From the NCBI GenBank assembly GCA_047967505.1, contig CM106538.1: a DNA stretch of 64,000 bases, one strand, 5' to 3'. This DNA is from Dipteris shenzhenensis (lineage: Eukaryota). Made by a program: the position numbers and the translations under genes. Under the pieces are notes generated by a model. The model was given only the letters and a program-made list of their open reading frames with translations, was not told where the DNA came from and did not search any database. Below are positions 12,745 to 26,700 of this stretch, in pieces; within the stretch, counting starts at the first letter, position 1, and each line of letters opens with the position of its first letter.

Positions 12745-13400
12745 TTGGCAAAGTATAGAAGAAAGTGCTTGAAGAATCCCAAAAAGGAGCTTTGTCTCTT
12801 TATGGATGGTATGGATCAAAAGAATACCTATTTGCCTCACTTTATGAGAGCTCCAAAAGATGTGAATGAAGAGACATGTGTGCAAATGCATCTCGCGAGA
12901 TGTCTTTTGTATCACAAAAATCTCCAAGCTAATGTATTTTTCAATTATCCAAATTTGCATAATGATACAAATCTTTCCATCACAATAACTCATTGCATTC
13001 TCATGTCATGGGAAGGCCCCTTTCTGAGAACAAAATATATCCAGCTTGATAATACAACAAGAGAAAAGAAAATCATACATTTCTTGTGTAATGTGTATGC
13101 TTGTGGATAAGGGAGTTTTTTATTATAAGACCGAAATTGGATTCCTCTTGTTTGGTCATACTCACAGTCAAATAAATGAAATGTTAATTACATTCTCCAA
13201 GAAGCTTGGAAAAATGATGCATTCACGTTGGTAGAAGTGATGGATCTTGTGAAAGAATATTATACTCCATGGCCTGGAGTTTATCACTTGAAAGAGATTT
13301 ACAATTTCAGGATATTTATTCAAGGTTGACTAGGTGATGAATGTTCTATCAAGAGATTGAATCAATTGAGCTTTCAACATCAATTTCTCAATAAATAAAA
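12745..13400 (+). mobile_element. Sola-like DDD DNA transposase remnant
   Basis: FMDGMDQKNTYLPH, YIQLDNTTRE(K), FLLFGHTHSQINEM spread across a frameshift. Confidence 0.6.
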
Positions 13401-13697
13401 AAGTAGATCAAAGAACATATCTATATGGTAAGCAATATGCCTCTTCCCCATATTGGGTACCCATGGATGGCTTGCAATTTCTATGTTTTGTTCCATTCCA
13501 TGAAATCCATGCTTTAATGCAAGAAACTCTAGTGATTGAGAGTGAAATAAAGTAGACACAAGCTCAATGAAGGGATGTTGACTATGAAAGGTGTAGGTAT
13601 GAGAAGAGAAGTTTGATGAGAAGGTCTTTTGGCTCATTCTAGGCTAGCATTTCTATGGCATCATGTGGGGGTCATCCAAGAACATGGCCAAGTTCAT

Positions 13698-13763
13698 AAG
13701 ATTGAATTCATTTGGCATTGATGTCAACTTAAGATTGAATTCATTTGGCATTGATTTCAACTT
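13698..13763. repeat. 33-bp tandem duplication
   Basis: AAGATTGAATTCATTTGGCATTGAT(G/T)TCAACTT x2. Confidence 0.85.
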
Positions 13764-16314
13764 GAGTTGAGGTCGTGCATGCATTCCTATGTGTGTAGAG
13801 GTGGTCGAGTGTGATGTTTCGTTTGGTGTGTGCATTGTGGTGGTTTGTAGGAGGCTTGGTAGACTCAAAACTAGCTAGCTCTATATCCTTCCCCAGTCTA
13901 GAAAGATGTATAAATTAAGCCACATGCTCTCTGCCAAAATTGTTTAAACCACTTTGATGCATGGCTTGCATGGTAGCAAGGACTCTATTATACAACTGAT
14001 AATGCCTATGGGACTATATTGGATAATATTATTAGACTATATTTTATTGTCCTTAGGGCATCTTGGCATCTACATTTGTGCAACCACCCAAGACCTTTGG
14101 CCAAGGAATGTGGACTTCAATGGCAAGACTCTAATTCAGCTAGCTTACTCGGTTCTAGGATACCTGCATGCACAACTCGGCACCACCCTCTAAAATTTAA
14201 AATCATTGGGTGTACTGGGAGGAGGGTGATGTCTAAATCCTACTAGAGAAAAGTACCATCACCACACTGAATAATCTCATGGCTACTATAGGGTGGACCC
14301 TATTGGAGGAGGATGAGGATAGTGTCAGGGAAGGGTTTAGTGAGGTAAATCTGGTATTGGAAGAGGCAGTTGTGAGTGGGTTGATGTAGTAGCAAAGTGT
14401 GTCTTCTACTATCTGTGGTTGTAATAAGTGGGTGACTAGTCATGAGGACACTATTAAGAGCCTATCCAACTCCCCTTCTTGTTGGCTTGTCAAGTGTCAT
14501 TTCAAGTCATGGCATTGTCTACACATGTTGCAAGCACTACCAGAGGATCAAGGCAAGTTCATGGCCTACTCACACCTATATATGCAAAGCTTCAATTTGA
14601 GCATGCTAAGATTGTTTAGCCTACTTTTTGGCATGTTTGTAGGCTATGAAGTTGGCTTCCATGGCAACAAATCATTGCTCCAGACTTTCTACACAAGCTT
14701 TTTTGGATGTAAATTCAATTTCCTCCTAAGAAATCCAAGCCTGGAGTTCTTAGGCTATTTGCCTATGTGCCTTGGCTGGTTCAACCAATTGGTCTCCCAT
14801 AGCTTGCAGTGAGACCATCAATGCCTATTTGGTGGCTAGTTCTTGTGCTACCTATCTTTTTTCATATTTATTGAGGAGGAGGTCAATTGACGTGATCACT
14901 TTAGCCTAATACTGCTTGAAAAAGTTAAGGGCCATTTGTTCCATATTAACTAGAGAGAGGGGAGTCGGGGAGAGATGGCAAGGCAGGATGGAAAGGGGGT
15001 AGAGAGAGAAGGTGGAGGTGGATGCACAGTGCAAGTAGAGATGCGAGGTGGGGGGCGAGGGGGGGGGGGAATCGTGGGGCTTCTAGCTTGGGTTAGCAGG
15101 TTAATATGTTGATTAGATTGCCTAATTAATAGGATTTTATTTTTAGGAATTAAAGGTGAGTGATTTGTCAACTAGACCAAGTGCTCTATATAGAGTAGAG
15201 GTGCAATGAGCACCTCCATATTCCTCTTCTTCATTGGGCAAGTAGTTGACTACTAGCATGATTCCTAAGGTTCGCATTGTTGTTACTCCAACTACTACTA
15301 CTAAAATTCCTTCATGTCCATCTCATTGTCGAAGGTGATTGATGGAGTATCAGATGTAGACAGTATAACAGAGGTGGATGGAGTAAGGGAGGTGGTATGA
15401 CATATCTCGGGATCAAAGTCAAAGGTGTTCTTGGACTCCATAGAGTTGATTTTTCAAAATAGGTTGTCGAGGTGATGAGAAGAATTTGAGGACATTTGGG
15501 TAGTTTTGAAGAGGATTTTCTAAAAGTTGGGAACTAAAAGGTGCATTTGGATGTGGTTCCAACATCCTTGCTTTTATAGATTTTGGCAATTCAGTGTGCT
15601 AGATGAGCCAAGAATTCAGCAAACTAAATTAGCAACCTAGTAGTGTTGAATTATAGTGTATATTGAGGGCACTAAATTAGGAAAATTTGGCAATGTAAAT
15701 TAGCAACCTAGTAGTGTTGAATGATAGTGTATACATATGAAATTCGATTAGGGTTTTGCAATCCATTGTTTTGATGCTAGGCTATCTAGGCTGGCTAGTA
15801 GCATACAATAGGGTGTCTATATCTTTTTGGTTGTGTCCATAGTCTTGGTTTGCAGTCATGTAATCAGCAAAAACCTCCGTAGAGGTGCATTGAAGTCTAA
15901 GATAGTCCTTGTGTCTTGTGTCCTTGAGTCAAATATGTATAAGGAGCTTTTGGTTCTCTAATTGTGTTGGCTATTTGGTTTCTTTTTCTATTTCATGTGA
16001 CGTTTTTAAGACGGTTTCAAGTCGAGTTGTTAACACAATTTGCAACATGATAAAACCTTGAAAGCCTAGTTAAACCCTAGGATGAACCACTAAAATTTTC
16101 ATATAAGTCCTTGGAAAAATAGAAGTGAACACAAAGGAAATAAAAACATCTACAAGAACAATGGGAACACTCTAAGGGGATTGTGGTATACCTGATCCTA
16201 GGAATTAAAATGCCCCATAGATCTATTATAAGGACATAGATCCACATATTTAAGACAGTACAAGTAGCTTGATGATGAGAATAAATCATGAACCTAAGCA
16301 ACATGAACTTCCAA

Positions 16315-16900
16315 AATGGTTAGTAGATTCTAGTGCCACTGCACATATGACAACCCCATGAAGAGTGGCTTTCAATACTGCAAATTAATCAAAATCCCCA
16401 GGAGCATTTGTTTATCACTAATGGACTATCCTGATTGCAGTGTCTAGATCAAGATATATGAATCTTATTTTTACATGGATAGAAATCCTTTTCCTCGATC
16501 CAAAGCATTGATCATAGATGTTCGTAAATTAGTGCACAATAACATTTGGGGGGCTAAGCATAGAATCAATCACTTGGCAAAAAAAGGTACTATATCACTT
16601 TCATTGATGGCTTCTTAAGGAAAATCTAGATTTATTTCTTGGAAGAATTTGCAATTTCAGTCTTTCAAAGTCCTCATCAAGAAACAAATTGGCAAACACA
16701 TCAACATTGAGTTGTGACAATGATGGTAAGGATAAATCTCAATTGTTCAAAAATTTATATGGATATCACGACATCAAAAGAGATTTAACATGCAAGTACA
16801 TTGGTCAAGAGAATGGTGTTGCAAAATGCAACAATAGAGTTCCCAAGCTCCCCATTGTACAATTCAAAAGAGCCTATCAAATTCTTATTTGAACAAGCTT
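16315..16900 (+). mobile_element. Highly decayed Ty1/copia protease/integrase relic
   Basis: VDSSATAHMT, LVHNNIWG, YYITFIDG, QENGVAKCNNR fragments in copia order. Confidence 0.65.
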
Positions 16901-17256
16901 AATTTATATACACACTATAGAACATGACATCAAAATGGGGCATTCACAAGAAAAGACAAATATTTCAAATGTAGAAATTTGCAAAATTCTCTTTAAAGCA
17001 TGTGTGTTGTACATCTACATCTCAAGTCACAAAGAGCTAATACACCTAAAAGCCAATCCCTCCCATTAAAGAACAACTCGACATAGTCAAAAATTTGATA
17101 TTGTGAACAGTGAACTTCAAGTGTATCTACACATCAAAAGCAAGACTATAGACAACAGTGATGCTTACAAGGGATAAAGACTATCAAAAAGGTCATCAAA
17201 GGAAGCTCCCCCGGCCGGGGGGGCTCAAGTCACAAAGAGCTTCGGCACCTAGAAAG

Positions 17257-17453
17257 TGTGAGGGAAAGAGAGAGGGAGTGGAACGATGGAGACAGAGAGA
17301 GGGAGACACAAGAAGTGTGGGTGTGTCAAAATGTGTTGAGCCACACCACAAACTCATAGGTTTTATTAGGATTAGGTATTACCCTATGACTGTCTTAAGA
17401 TAGTCATAGGGGTCATAACTTTTAAAGGGTGGCAATGTGCCTTTACCCCAACA
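17257..17453 (-). repeat. Copia 3' LTR (197 bp)
   Basis: Matches 23262-23437; adjacent PPT AAGTGGGAGGT (17454-17464, minus). Confidence 0.95.
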
Positions 17454-17541
17454 ACCTCCCACTTAAAGGCCAATGTGCCTAAAAATAAAAATTACAGCAA
17501 TATACAGTTACTGTATACAAGACCATAAAATAAGAATGGTC

Positions 17542-20500
17542 TCATCCTAATCCCATGATGTGGCGACAATGTGCAAACCGCTCTGTAGGCAAGCTCTTAG
17601 TGAGCAAATCTGCAGGATTATCATCAGTATGCACCTTCACAAGCTCAAGCCGCTTGTCTTCCAGTACCTCCCTGATGAAATGGTATTTCACATCTATGTG
17701 CTTGGTCTTCTGATGAAAGACCGGATTCTTTGCCAACATGATAGCACTCTGACTATCACAATGCAAAACTGGCATATCTCCTGTAATGCCCAAATCTCCC
17801 ACCAGCCGAGTAAGCCATATTGCTTCCTTGCAAGCCTCAGTGGCTGCAACATATTCAGCTTCAGTGGTTGACAGTGCAATGCATTTCTGCAACCGAGATA
17901 CCCATGATATAGCACCTCCTGCAAATGTGAAAATATAACCGGTAGTAGACGTCCGGTTATCTGCATTCCCTGCATAGTCTGAATCTGTAAAACCATGCAC
18001 CAATGCATCCTGCCTACCATAGCATATGGACAAGTCTTTGGTACCCTTGAGATACCTCAAGACACCTTTCACTGCTTCCCAGTGCCGCTTGCCTGGATTT
18101 GCCATATACCTGCTGATGACTCCCACCGCAAAAGCAATATCCGGACGAGTGGCAACCATGGCATACATCAAAGAACCAACTGCAGATGCATACGGAACCT
18201 TGGCCATCTCAGCCTTATCATCATCTGATCTGGGGCTGTCCTTACTGCTAAGTTTTAAATGAGGAGGCAACGGGGTACTAATTGACTTCCCCCCCTCCAT
18301 TTTAAACCTCTGCAGTACCTTGCCAATGTACTCTTCCTGTGACAGAAACAAAAGTCCCTTGGACCTGTCACGAATAATCCGCATACCAAGAATATGGTTT
18401 GCATCACCCACGTCTTTCATGTCAAAAGACTTATGCAGTTGCTTCTTCAAAGCACTAATCTCCTGCTGAGATTTGCTAGCAATCAGCATGTCATCCACAT
18501 ATAGAATGAGTAGCATCAAACTGCCATCCTTTGCCCGTTTGGTGTACAAGCAGTGATCGGTGGTCTCACACCTATGATACCCTTGGGACTGCATGAAGGC
18601 ATCAAACTTCTTGTACCATTCTCTTGGCACCTGCTTGAGTCCATACAAGCTCCTCTTGAGTTTACACACAAGCTGCTCTTTCCCTTTAACAGCATATCCC
18701 TCTGGCTGACTCATGTAGATCTCATCATGGAGATCTCCGTGAAGAAAAGCAGTCTTCAGATCCATCTGACATAAATCCATGTCCTCATGAGCAACAAGAG
18801 CTAACACTGCTCTCAAAGTAGTCATCTTGACTACAGGGAAAAAGATCTCATCAAAGTCAATGCCCTTCTCCTGCTTAAATCCCTTGGCAACCAATCTGGC
18901 CTTATACCTTGGTAAAGCATTTGAATCCACTTTGACTTTGTAAACCCACTTGCACGGCAAAACCTTTCTGCCTGCAAGTAGCTACACCAAGTCCCATGTA
19001 TCATTTTGAAGTAGGGAGTCCATTTCTGACTACATGGCTTTCTCCCACTTCCTTTTCTCTGTTCTTCCCATAGCTTCCCTGAAGCTGGAAGGCTCACCAC
19101 AATCTGTCAGCATGATAAAATCAGCCACATTATTGGCTCCTGGAAACCTGTCAGGAGGCCATTGTACACGGGTGCTCCTCCTAACAAAATGTTCCGCATT
19201 AGGCTGCTGTCTAGCCTGTTCGTCATGCATGACGGGTGGCTGTACCACCATATTTGGCTGTTCTACAGTGCCATTTGCTGGCATATCCAGTGGTGCATCA
19301 TTGGCAAAATTGTCTGGCTAATTTTCAGCCTGTATACCCTCTTGAACAGGGTTATTTACAGCAGCCTGCTGTTGCATATTAATGGGCATTCTTTGCTGTC
19401 CGACATCATCATATACAACCCTCCTGTATTCCACAGGTTGCACGGGTTCTCTGTGTACACAATCCTCTTTAAAGATGACGTCATTGCTGCGTATAATCTT
19501 CCGTTTGACACGATCCCATAACCTGTACCCCATTTCACCTTCGTCACCGTAACCCATGAAGATGCATCTGAAAGACTTTGGCTCCAGTTTGGTGCGCAGT
19601 TCTTTGCGTACATGAGCAAAGCACTTGCAGCCAAACACATGTAAGTGCTTATATGAAGGTGGCTTGCCAGACCACACCTCCTCTGGCACTTTCAACTCCA
19701 AAGCCTTGTTCGGCGACCTGTTAATTAGATGAACTGCTGTTTGCACGGCTTCTACCCAAAAGCCATGGGGCAATGCAGCATAAGACAACATACATCGAAC
19801 TTTCTCCTGAATAGTTCGATTCATCCGCTCACTCAGACCATTTTGAGATGCATTATGAGGGGCTGTGAGTTCCTGTTTAATGCCCTTAGCTTTGCATAAC
19901 TGTACAAAAGCATGTGACACATACTCACCCCCATTATCGGATCTGAGGCATTTCAGCCTGCGTCCTGTCCGATTCTCAACCTGAGCGACAAACTTCTTGA
20001 AGGCATCTAAGGCATCGCTCTTATGCTTCAAGAAATAGACCCACACTTTGCGTGTGGCATCATCAATAAAAGTAATGAAATACTTTGCACCCCCTAGTGA
20101 TAGCTGTGGCATCTCACACAAATCAGTGTTGCACTAGATCAAGCGGTGCTCTATTCTGGGGAGTTCTCCTCTTATGAGGGGTCATAGAATGCTTTCCAAA
20201 AATGCAATGATCACAAGTAGGCAAATCTGAAAATGAAAGAGACGGCAGATAACCCAAACGTGACAGTTCTTGCATTCCTTTAATGGACATGTGTCCCAAC
20301 CGTCGGCTATGCCACAATGAAACCTTTGGCAGCTCGGTTATGGCAACAACATGATTACCTACACTGGAAACATAAAGAGGGTACAAGGTATCACTCTTAT
20401 AACCCTCAGCCACTACAACCTGGCCATCAGTAATCACCCATTTGGAATCCCCAAATGTGGTGTGGTAACCACTGTCATCCAACAAGCCAGTGCTAATCAG

Positions 20501-21654
20501 ATTTTTCTTGATTTGCGGCACATGGCGAACACCATCAAGCATAAATATGCGTCCATCAGGGAATACTATCTGTATACTGCCAATCCCTGCAATCTGACAT
20601 GCATAGTTGTTCCCAAGGTGAACAACTCCAAGAGTACCTGTGTAGGAAGTAAACCACTCCCTATGAGGCGTAACATGAAAAGAAGCACCTGAATCCAAGA
20701 GCCAGGTGTGCATGTCATGGCCATCAACAACCAATGTATGTGTAATTACAGCAGAAGAACATAATACATCATGTCTGTCACTGTCACTGTCCTCTGCTGC
20801 AACATTCACTGCATCCAAGTCATCTGCCTTGGCCTTGCCTTTGCCTTTGCTACCACTGCCTGCATCCTTTGTCTCAGCCTTCTTGGCTTTCTGATCCCGT
20901 ATAAACTTGAAGCACTTAGACTTCACATGTCCCTTCTTGCCACAGTAGAAGCATTCAATATCCTTTTTGCCACGGGAATGACTGCAGGATTTGGACTTGC
21001 CAGTAGATCTCCCCTTCTGCTGAGTTCTACCTCTTTCCTGTACCTACAAAGCATTGGAAGACTTGCTGCCCATATTATTCTTCCTGCTCATCTCCTCCAT
21101 AAGGAGAGAGCTCTCCACATTAGCATACATAAGAGTGACATTTGAATTTGACAGGGTGGTCTAGAAAGTGTCCCAACTCTCAGGGAGGGTACACAACAAG
21201 AAAGTAGCCTTGAACTTCTCATCAAGGTTCAATCCCTGTGCGATAAGCTGTGTAAAGATGGCATTGAACTCACTCAAGTGTGAGGTCATAGCTGTACCTT
21301 CCTTCATGCGAAGGTCGACAAGTTTCTTCAACCAATAAACCTTACTGGTTGAGCTCTTTTGGGCATACAACTCTTCTAGCCTCTGCCATAGCCATAAGAG
21401 GTCTTTTCAGCCTGAACATTGAACACAAGAGAATCAGTGAGAGTAAGCATGATAGCAGCCCTTGCGGACAAATCAAGCTCCTCCCACTCATCATCTGCCA
21501 TCCCAGATGGCTTGACACCCTTCACCCTTATGGGCTTAGAAATCTTCTTTAGCAGAAGTACATTCAAACACTGTTCTGCCCATAATGCATAATTGTGTGC
21601 CCCTTCCAATTTCTTTATGTTCGGTATTGAAGATTCACTTCCCCCTGATGCCAT
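17542..21654 (-). pseudogene. Copia gag-pol polyprotein, disrupted by frameshifts and in-frame TAG stops
   Basis: LLDSGASFHVT, LRSDNGGEY, YKARLVAKG, LYVDDML, TEAEY, NPADLLTK in consecutive ORF pieces. Confidence 0.92.
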
Positions 21655-23246
21655 ATCAGACAAGGAAAGTGCCTGACTCCTTGTAAGTCAAAAAATGACT
21701 AAATAAAATTCTGATTTCTCAGAAACCTGCTCTATCAAGAGCCAGGAGCACTCACAATAGTGCTGTTTTTTTACTGTCAAAAAATCTACAGCAAAACAGA
21801 AAATTTTCCCTCCAGTCATTGTACCTTCTGACACACTGTACCGTGCTCAAATAGGCATAAAACAGTAACTTCAGAATGCTGCAGCTGTTCCACAAGTGTT
21901 TTATCAGTGCATCATCATCTGACGAAGCACAAAACACTGTTGTCTTGGACACTTCTCCCACCTCAGATGAGGTATTGCACTGATTTTATATGCATAAACC
22001 ACTTGTCATACATTGTTTTGTCCACTGAAAAAGGCTCCAAACACCTCAGCCTGTCACAAAACCTGCAACAAAGTATGGGACAAATCCCAAACAATCACCC
22101 TTCTGGCAAGGGGATAAAAGGCATCTGAAGTTCTCAAACAGTAACTCAAGTGCTCACAAGCAAAATCTGGGCAAAAGCCCCTTGATTTGACACCTGTACC
22201 AAGTGAAAAACACACTCAACAATGAGGTAGCATACAAAATTCAGCACTCTCCTGGCACTTTCACCTGACAATGTAATGCATAAACGGCCCTGTGTACACA
22301 GTAACACAGATCCCAACGTACAAACACTGAAGAGAAAATCTTTTGAGCACTGTCAACGATGGACAGTTAGGGACCGAGTAAACTCGATGCGCCCTGGCCA
22401 AGCGTGGCTCAACTGAGATTTTCTAAGTGCTATACACAAAATGTGACCTGCAAAGAAATGTCACTGATACATTGCGGAAAACAAGACCAATGTGGGCACC
22501 CTGGCTCCACACTGCCTCAAGGCATACACTGCATATACTTCCAGGCAAAAGCCCTTTGAAATTGTCACCCGAAAAATGAGATTTGCACTCAGCAAAAGCA
22601 TAAAAGCCCTCTGCAAATTAAGGCATCTAACCTTCCCGAAACAAAATAACTGTGCAACCACCACACACTGTGGCACTAGTCACCTCAAGCACGAGGGACA
22701 CGAGTGTACTTGCTGTACCTCAAACACACAGTTTTAGAACTGAAAATTTTCGGGAATGCAGAGCAGAGTGCTCTCTCTTTTCCTTGTTCCCCCAAAAAAA
22801 AATATGTGCCTGCTGTACCTTCTGTACCTGCGCAGGGTACCTGCTGTACCCTGTATCTGCGAGGGCACGGATCCCCAAAAATTTTTTTGAAATTTCTGTA
22901 CCTGCCTGTCGCGGCATCCGTATAGCCGCGTCCGTACAGCTGGTACGGTACGGCTGCCTGTACGGCTTCCATACAGCCGGTACGGCTGGCCGTACCTGTC
23001 GCGGCTGCTACCTTGCAGTCGGTTGACTGGCTGCACGTGGCCGGTGTTGCGCGCTGTGCGCGCGTTGGCTGCGCCCGCCTGGTAGGCTGCGGCCGTCGGG
23101 TAGCGGGTAGCAGCTAGCTGCTGCTGCAGCTATGGCTGCCCGCGCAAATGCTGCGCGCTGCTGCCCTGCTGGCTGCTGAGGGCACGAGGCCCGAGGGGAG
23201 AGGAAGGTGTAGAGGGATGGGTAGACCAGAATGAGAGGGAGAGAGT

Positions 23247-23259
23247 GGCTCTGATACCA
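23247..23259 (-). other. Primer-binding site, tRNA-iMet
   Basis: TGGTATCAGAGCC 2 nt from the 5' LTR. Confidence 0.92.
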
Positions 23260-23261
23260 CT

Positions 23262-23437
23262 TGTGAGGGAAAGAGAGAGGGAGTGGAACGATGGAGACAG
23301 AGAGAGGGAGACACAAGAAGTGTGGGTGTGTCAAAATGTGTTGAGCCACACCACAAACTCATAGGTTTTATTAGGATTAGGTATTCACCCTAGGGGTCAT
23401 AACTTTTAAAGGGTGGCAATGTGCCTTTACCCCAACA
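23262..23437 (-). repeat. Copia 5' LTR (176 bp)
   Basis: Same as the 3' LTR except a 22-bp and a 1-bp indel. Confidence 0.95.
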
Positions 23438-25499
23438 GAAAGACAATCACACCATCAAAAAAAATTAACGACATAGTTGAAATATTGATATTGTGAACAT
23501 TGAACTTCAAGTATCTGCACATAAATGGAAAATAATGAGGCTATATTATTTCCACAAATGACTCAATTGGGGACTTGGAAATTGGGGGAAATTTTTGTGT
23601 TGGAACACATCTTTAATTGAGTTATAATACTTGGATGCCTTTATAATCTTGCTTGCAATAGGAAGATCGATGTTGTTGAAATAAGGACATGAATGAGGTC
23701 CATTGACCCATTTTGCTCTTAATACACATCAATCATGAGACATATCTTGATCTAGGTACATTTTGAAATTGTTGGCTTTTGGTTCTCCATAAAATTTTGC
23801 AATAAGCCCAATGTTGTTACAATTGTAATATTTCCTATCATTGAATTTCCCTTAGAGAATGCTACAAGGTATGATTAGGGTCATGAAGTACATGCACACA
23901 ACAATTATATCAAAAGCAGATGGAGACCATAGACAACAATGATACTTACAAGGGAGAAAGACTATCCAAAAGGTCATTGAAGGAAGCTCCTCATAAGATT
24001 GTGTAGAATAGGCTCTAAGTTTCATCATTTGTTTTTGGCTCCCCTTTAATTGCCGCCCATTACTTTGTCACAATTGGGTGGACAGTTGTAAATGATGTAC
24101 TAGAAGCTACCATGTCAGAGGTTGCATCAATGTTGAGTTGACCGCCAAGTCACCAACTGTGACAACAACTCTTAATAAGCAAACATAAGCCATATGACAT
24201 GCTGAGTTGCATCAAATGCTGAGTTGGCTGCCTTGTCACCAACCACTAGAATTCTTAATAAGCAAACTTAAGATATAAATGACATGGTGTGAATTGGGTT
24301 TTCAAACTAATTCCTAATGGTAAATATCATAATGTTTGGTGAAATCTCAATCACTTCATAGTCTTTCCTCCCATAAAACCATTGACCTCAAGCGCTCTCT
24401 AGTTTTGTGGGGAAAAACTGGGGGGAGAAAGGCAAGGGGCCACATGCCACTTGGCATTGAAAGTGGAATGGAAATTGGTTCTTACCTTCAGGGAAGCAAC
24501 TATCTTATGATGAAGGAGTTGTTATGTATCATCATTAGTCTTCAATTAGTTAGCAATTGTAGTGGAAATACTTTTGTCTTTCGGGATGTCTTTACATCTA
24601 GCATGTGTGACAAATTCTCATAGTTTATATTGAGCCTTTATGGCTGAATTATTTCTCTTTAAAGTGTCATGTAATCACTACAACCAGCCTTGTGTGGGTA
24701 AGCAGTTTGTTCGAGTCTTTTGTCTAATATAGACCATGCCTTTTGAGTCTTTATAGAATCATTTCTCTTTATCATACATGCCATTTTATGTGAGCCGAAT
24801 ATCGGGTTGTGAGCAAATAGATTCTTCAAGTTTTAATTTCCAACAATCATGGCCTACCAAAGCATAGCTCATTAAACCATGACTTTTGCTACCAAAACTA
24901 GGGAGGCAAAGGTTTTGACTGCCAAATTGTGGGCTTTCTACTTGTCTGCTAGCTACTTAGCCAAATCAGTGTGCTAACCAATGAACTCATCCAACAAGAT
25001 AAGGCTAACTACTAGTTGGGATAACTAGATAAGGATAACTACTAGGTAGGATGTAAAAAATTGAGATGTAAGCAATTCATGTTAGATATCTCAAAACCAT
25101 GTCCCTAAACCATGAGCACCAAAGCCATGTGCCACCACTTTGTGGCATCCCAACTGCTAGGATGATTAAGGAACTAGCTGAGATAGTTTCCAACCAAATT
25201 TTGGCTACAAAAGAAGGTAGCCCCCATTGACTTGGAGGACACTCCACCCATACCATAGCACTCAAATGCTACCAAAAGGAGAACCAATAATCTCTCTCCT
25301 ATTCCTTACTTGTTGGAACCCCTTCCTAGCACATTGCCACAAGCCCATATGCTCCGCACAACCTCTTCTTCATGGGCAGCCCTTCTTTCACCATGAAAGC
25401 TTCATGTTGCAGGATTTTCAAATTGGAAAGTGCCTGAGAGCAGAGGAAAGCTCCTTCCTCAATATTGTCCCTCTTCTTAGTTTCTATCTCTCTCCACCC

Positions 25500-26700
25500 T
25501 TTCCATAACTTGGGCATAGAAATCCTTGAGCATAACTATAGGGGCATCCTGATACAAGGATCTATTGTGCATTTCTTGCATTTTTAGTCTATGGTGAGTG
25601 TTGTAAGTGATGTTGTGATGAATGTCTTGTTGAAGAAATGAATTCCCTTGTAATTCCATTGTGTCTATATCCTTCTCTTCTCTTTTAGAGTAAAAAGACT
25701 GGGATGAATGCCTCAATAAAGGATAAATGTCTTTCCTTATGTCTTCATGCAAATTTCCTCGTTATCTTCACATTGAAACTAGTTCTAGATGAGAATCTAC
25801 ATGTTGTCATAGTTCTTTCCCTTGGTGTACTTCTTACTTGGATTGCAGGAACTATGAGACATGGATGATGGAATAAGAGATCATGTAATATCAAGAAAAG
25901 TTCATGGGTTTCTTGCTAAAGATGAAATATGGCTCTAAGTGGATGTATCCTTGGCAAGTTAATAAACTCCCCTTAGAGTGGGTTCCCCCCATTTGGGCCT
26001 CATATCATGTGCCAGTTTTCATAAGTTTCCTTCTGTGTTGCAATTCAATTCCATTTATGAAGTCTTTTCTTGCTAAACATGGTAAGCCATGTGTTAAATT
26101 GTTATCTTAAGGTGGAAATGATGATTATTTTTCAATTATTATATACATGAGAGCATTGACTTGTGCATGCATAAGGTAGATGGAGGAAGCAAGACAAGAG
26201 GAATAGCCTTTCTTGCATTGAGGGATCACCGTACGCGCTTCCTCATGCATGTCATTGTTAGATTACATTTGTAAGCCAATTGTGGTTGTATGTGAAGCAA
26301 TCGCTTTTGCTATGTGTGCAAAGTTTAAGACATCTATGACCCATTTGTAGGCATAGGCCCCTTTTGAGATGGAATGAATGAAGTTCTTAAATTTGTTTAT
26401 CAATTCTACAATGGGTGTAATGTCTTCTTTGGATATGCTTAAGACTAGTTGTCCTTGCTAACAAAAGTGCAAGAATTTGTAGAAGTTGTTAAAACCCCAC
26501 ATAGCTCATATTCATTCATAGGAATGTGCCCATCTTGTCAATTCCATGTAAAAGTGAGCACACCTATCCCAAAATATTCTTTATGAAAATTGCCATCACA
26601 CGACTGAATGGAAAATAATGAGACTAAGCACTACTGAATGCCAACAATTATATCTTCAATGGCGGCAAAAATTTTAGTGATCTTGATGGGAATCATTGAT
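25500..26700 (-). mobile_element. Possible very old Mutator (MULE) transposase relic
   Basis: Weak fragments LTRWAHSY..MWG, DITPIVELI, QWNYKGIH resembling MULE core and SWIM-adjacent motifs; heavily disrupted. Confidence 0.3.

Larger units (their letters stand above)
17257..23437 (-). mobile_element. Full-length Ty1/copia LTR retrotransposon (6.18 kb), coding region inactivated
   Basis: TG...CA LTRs, TSD GAAAG (17252-17256 and 23438-23442), tRNA-iMet PBS, PPT, domain order gag-PR-IN-RT-RH. Confidence 0.97.

Noticed and set aside
22650-23360. Cluster of GC-rich ORFs on both strands
   Set aside because: Repetitive 5' leader of the copia element, no protein motifs
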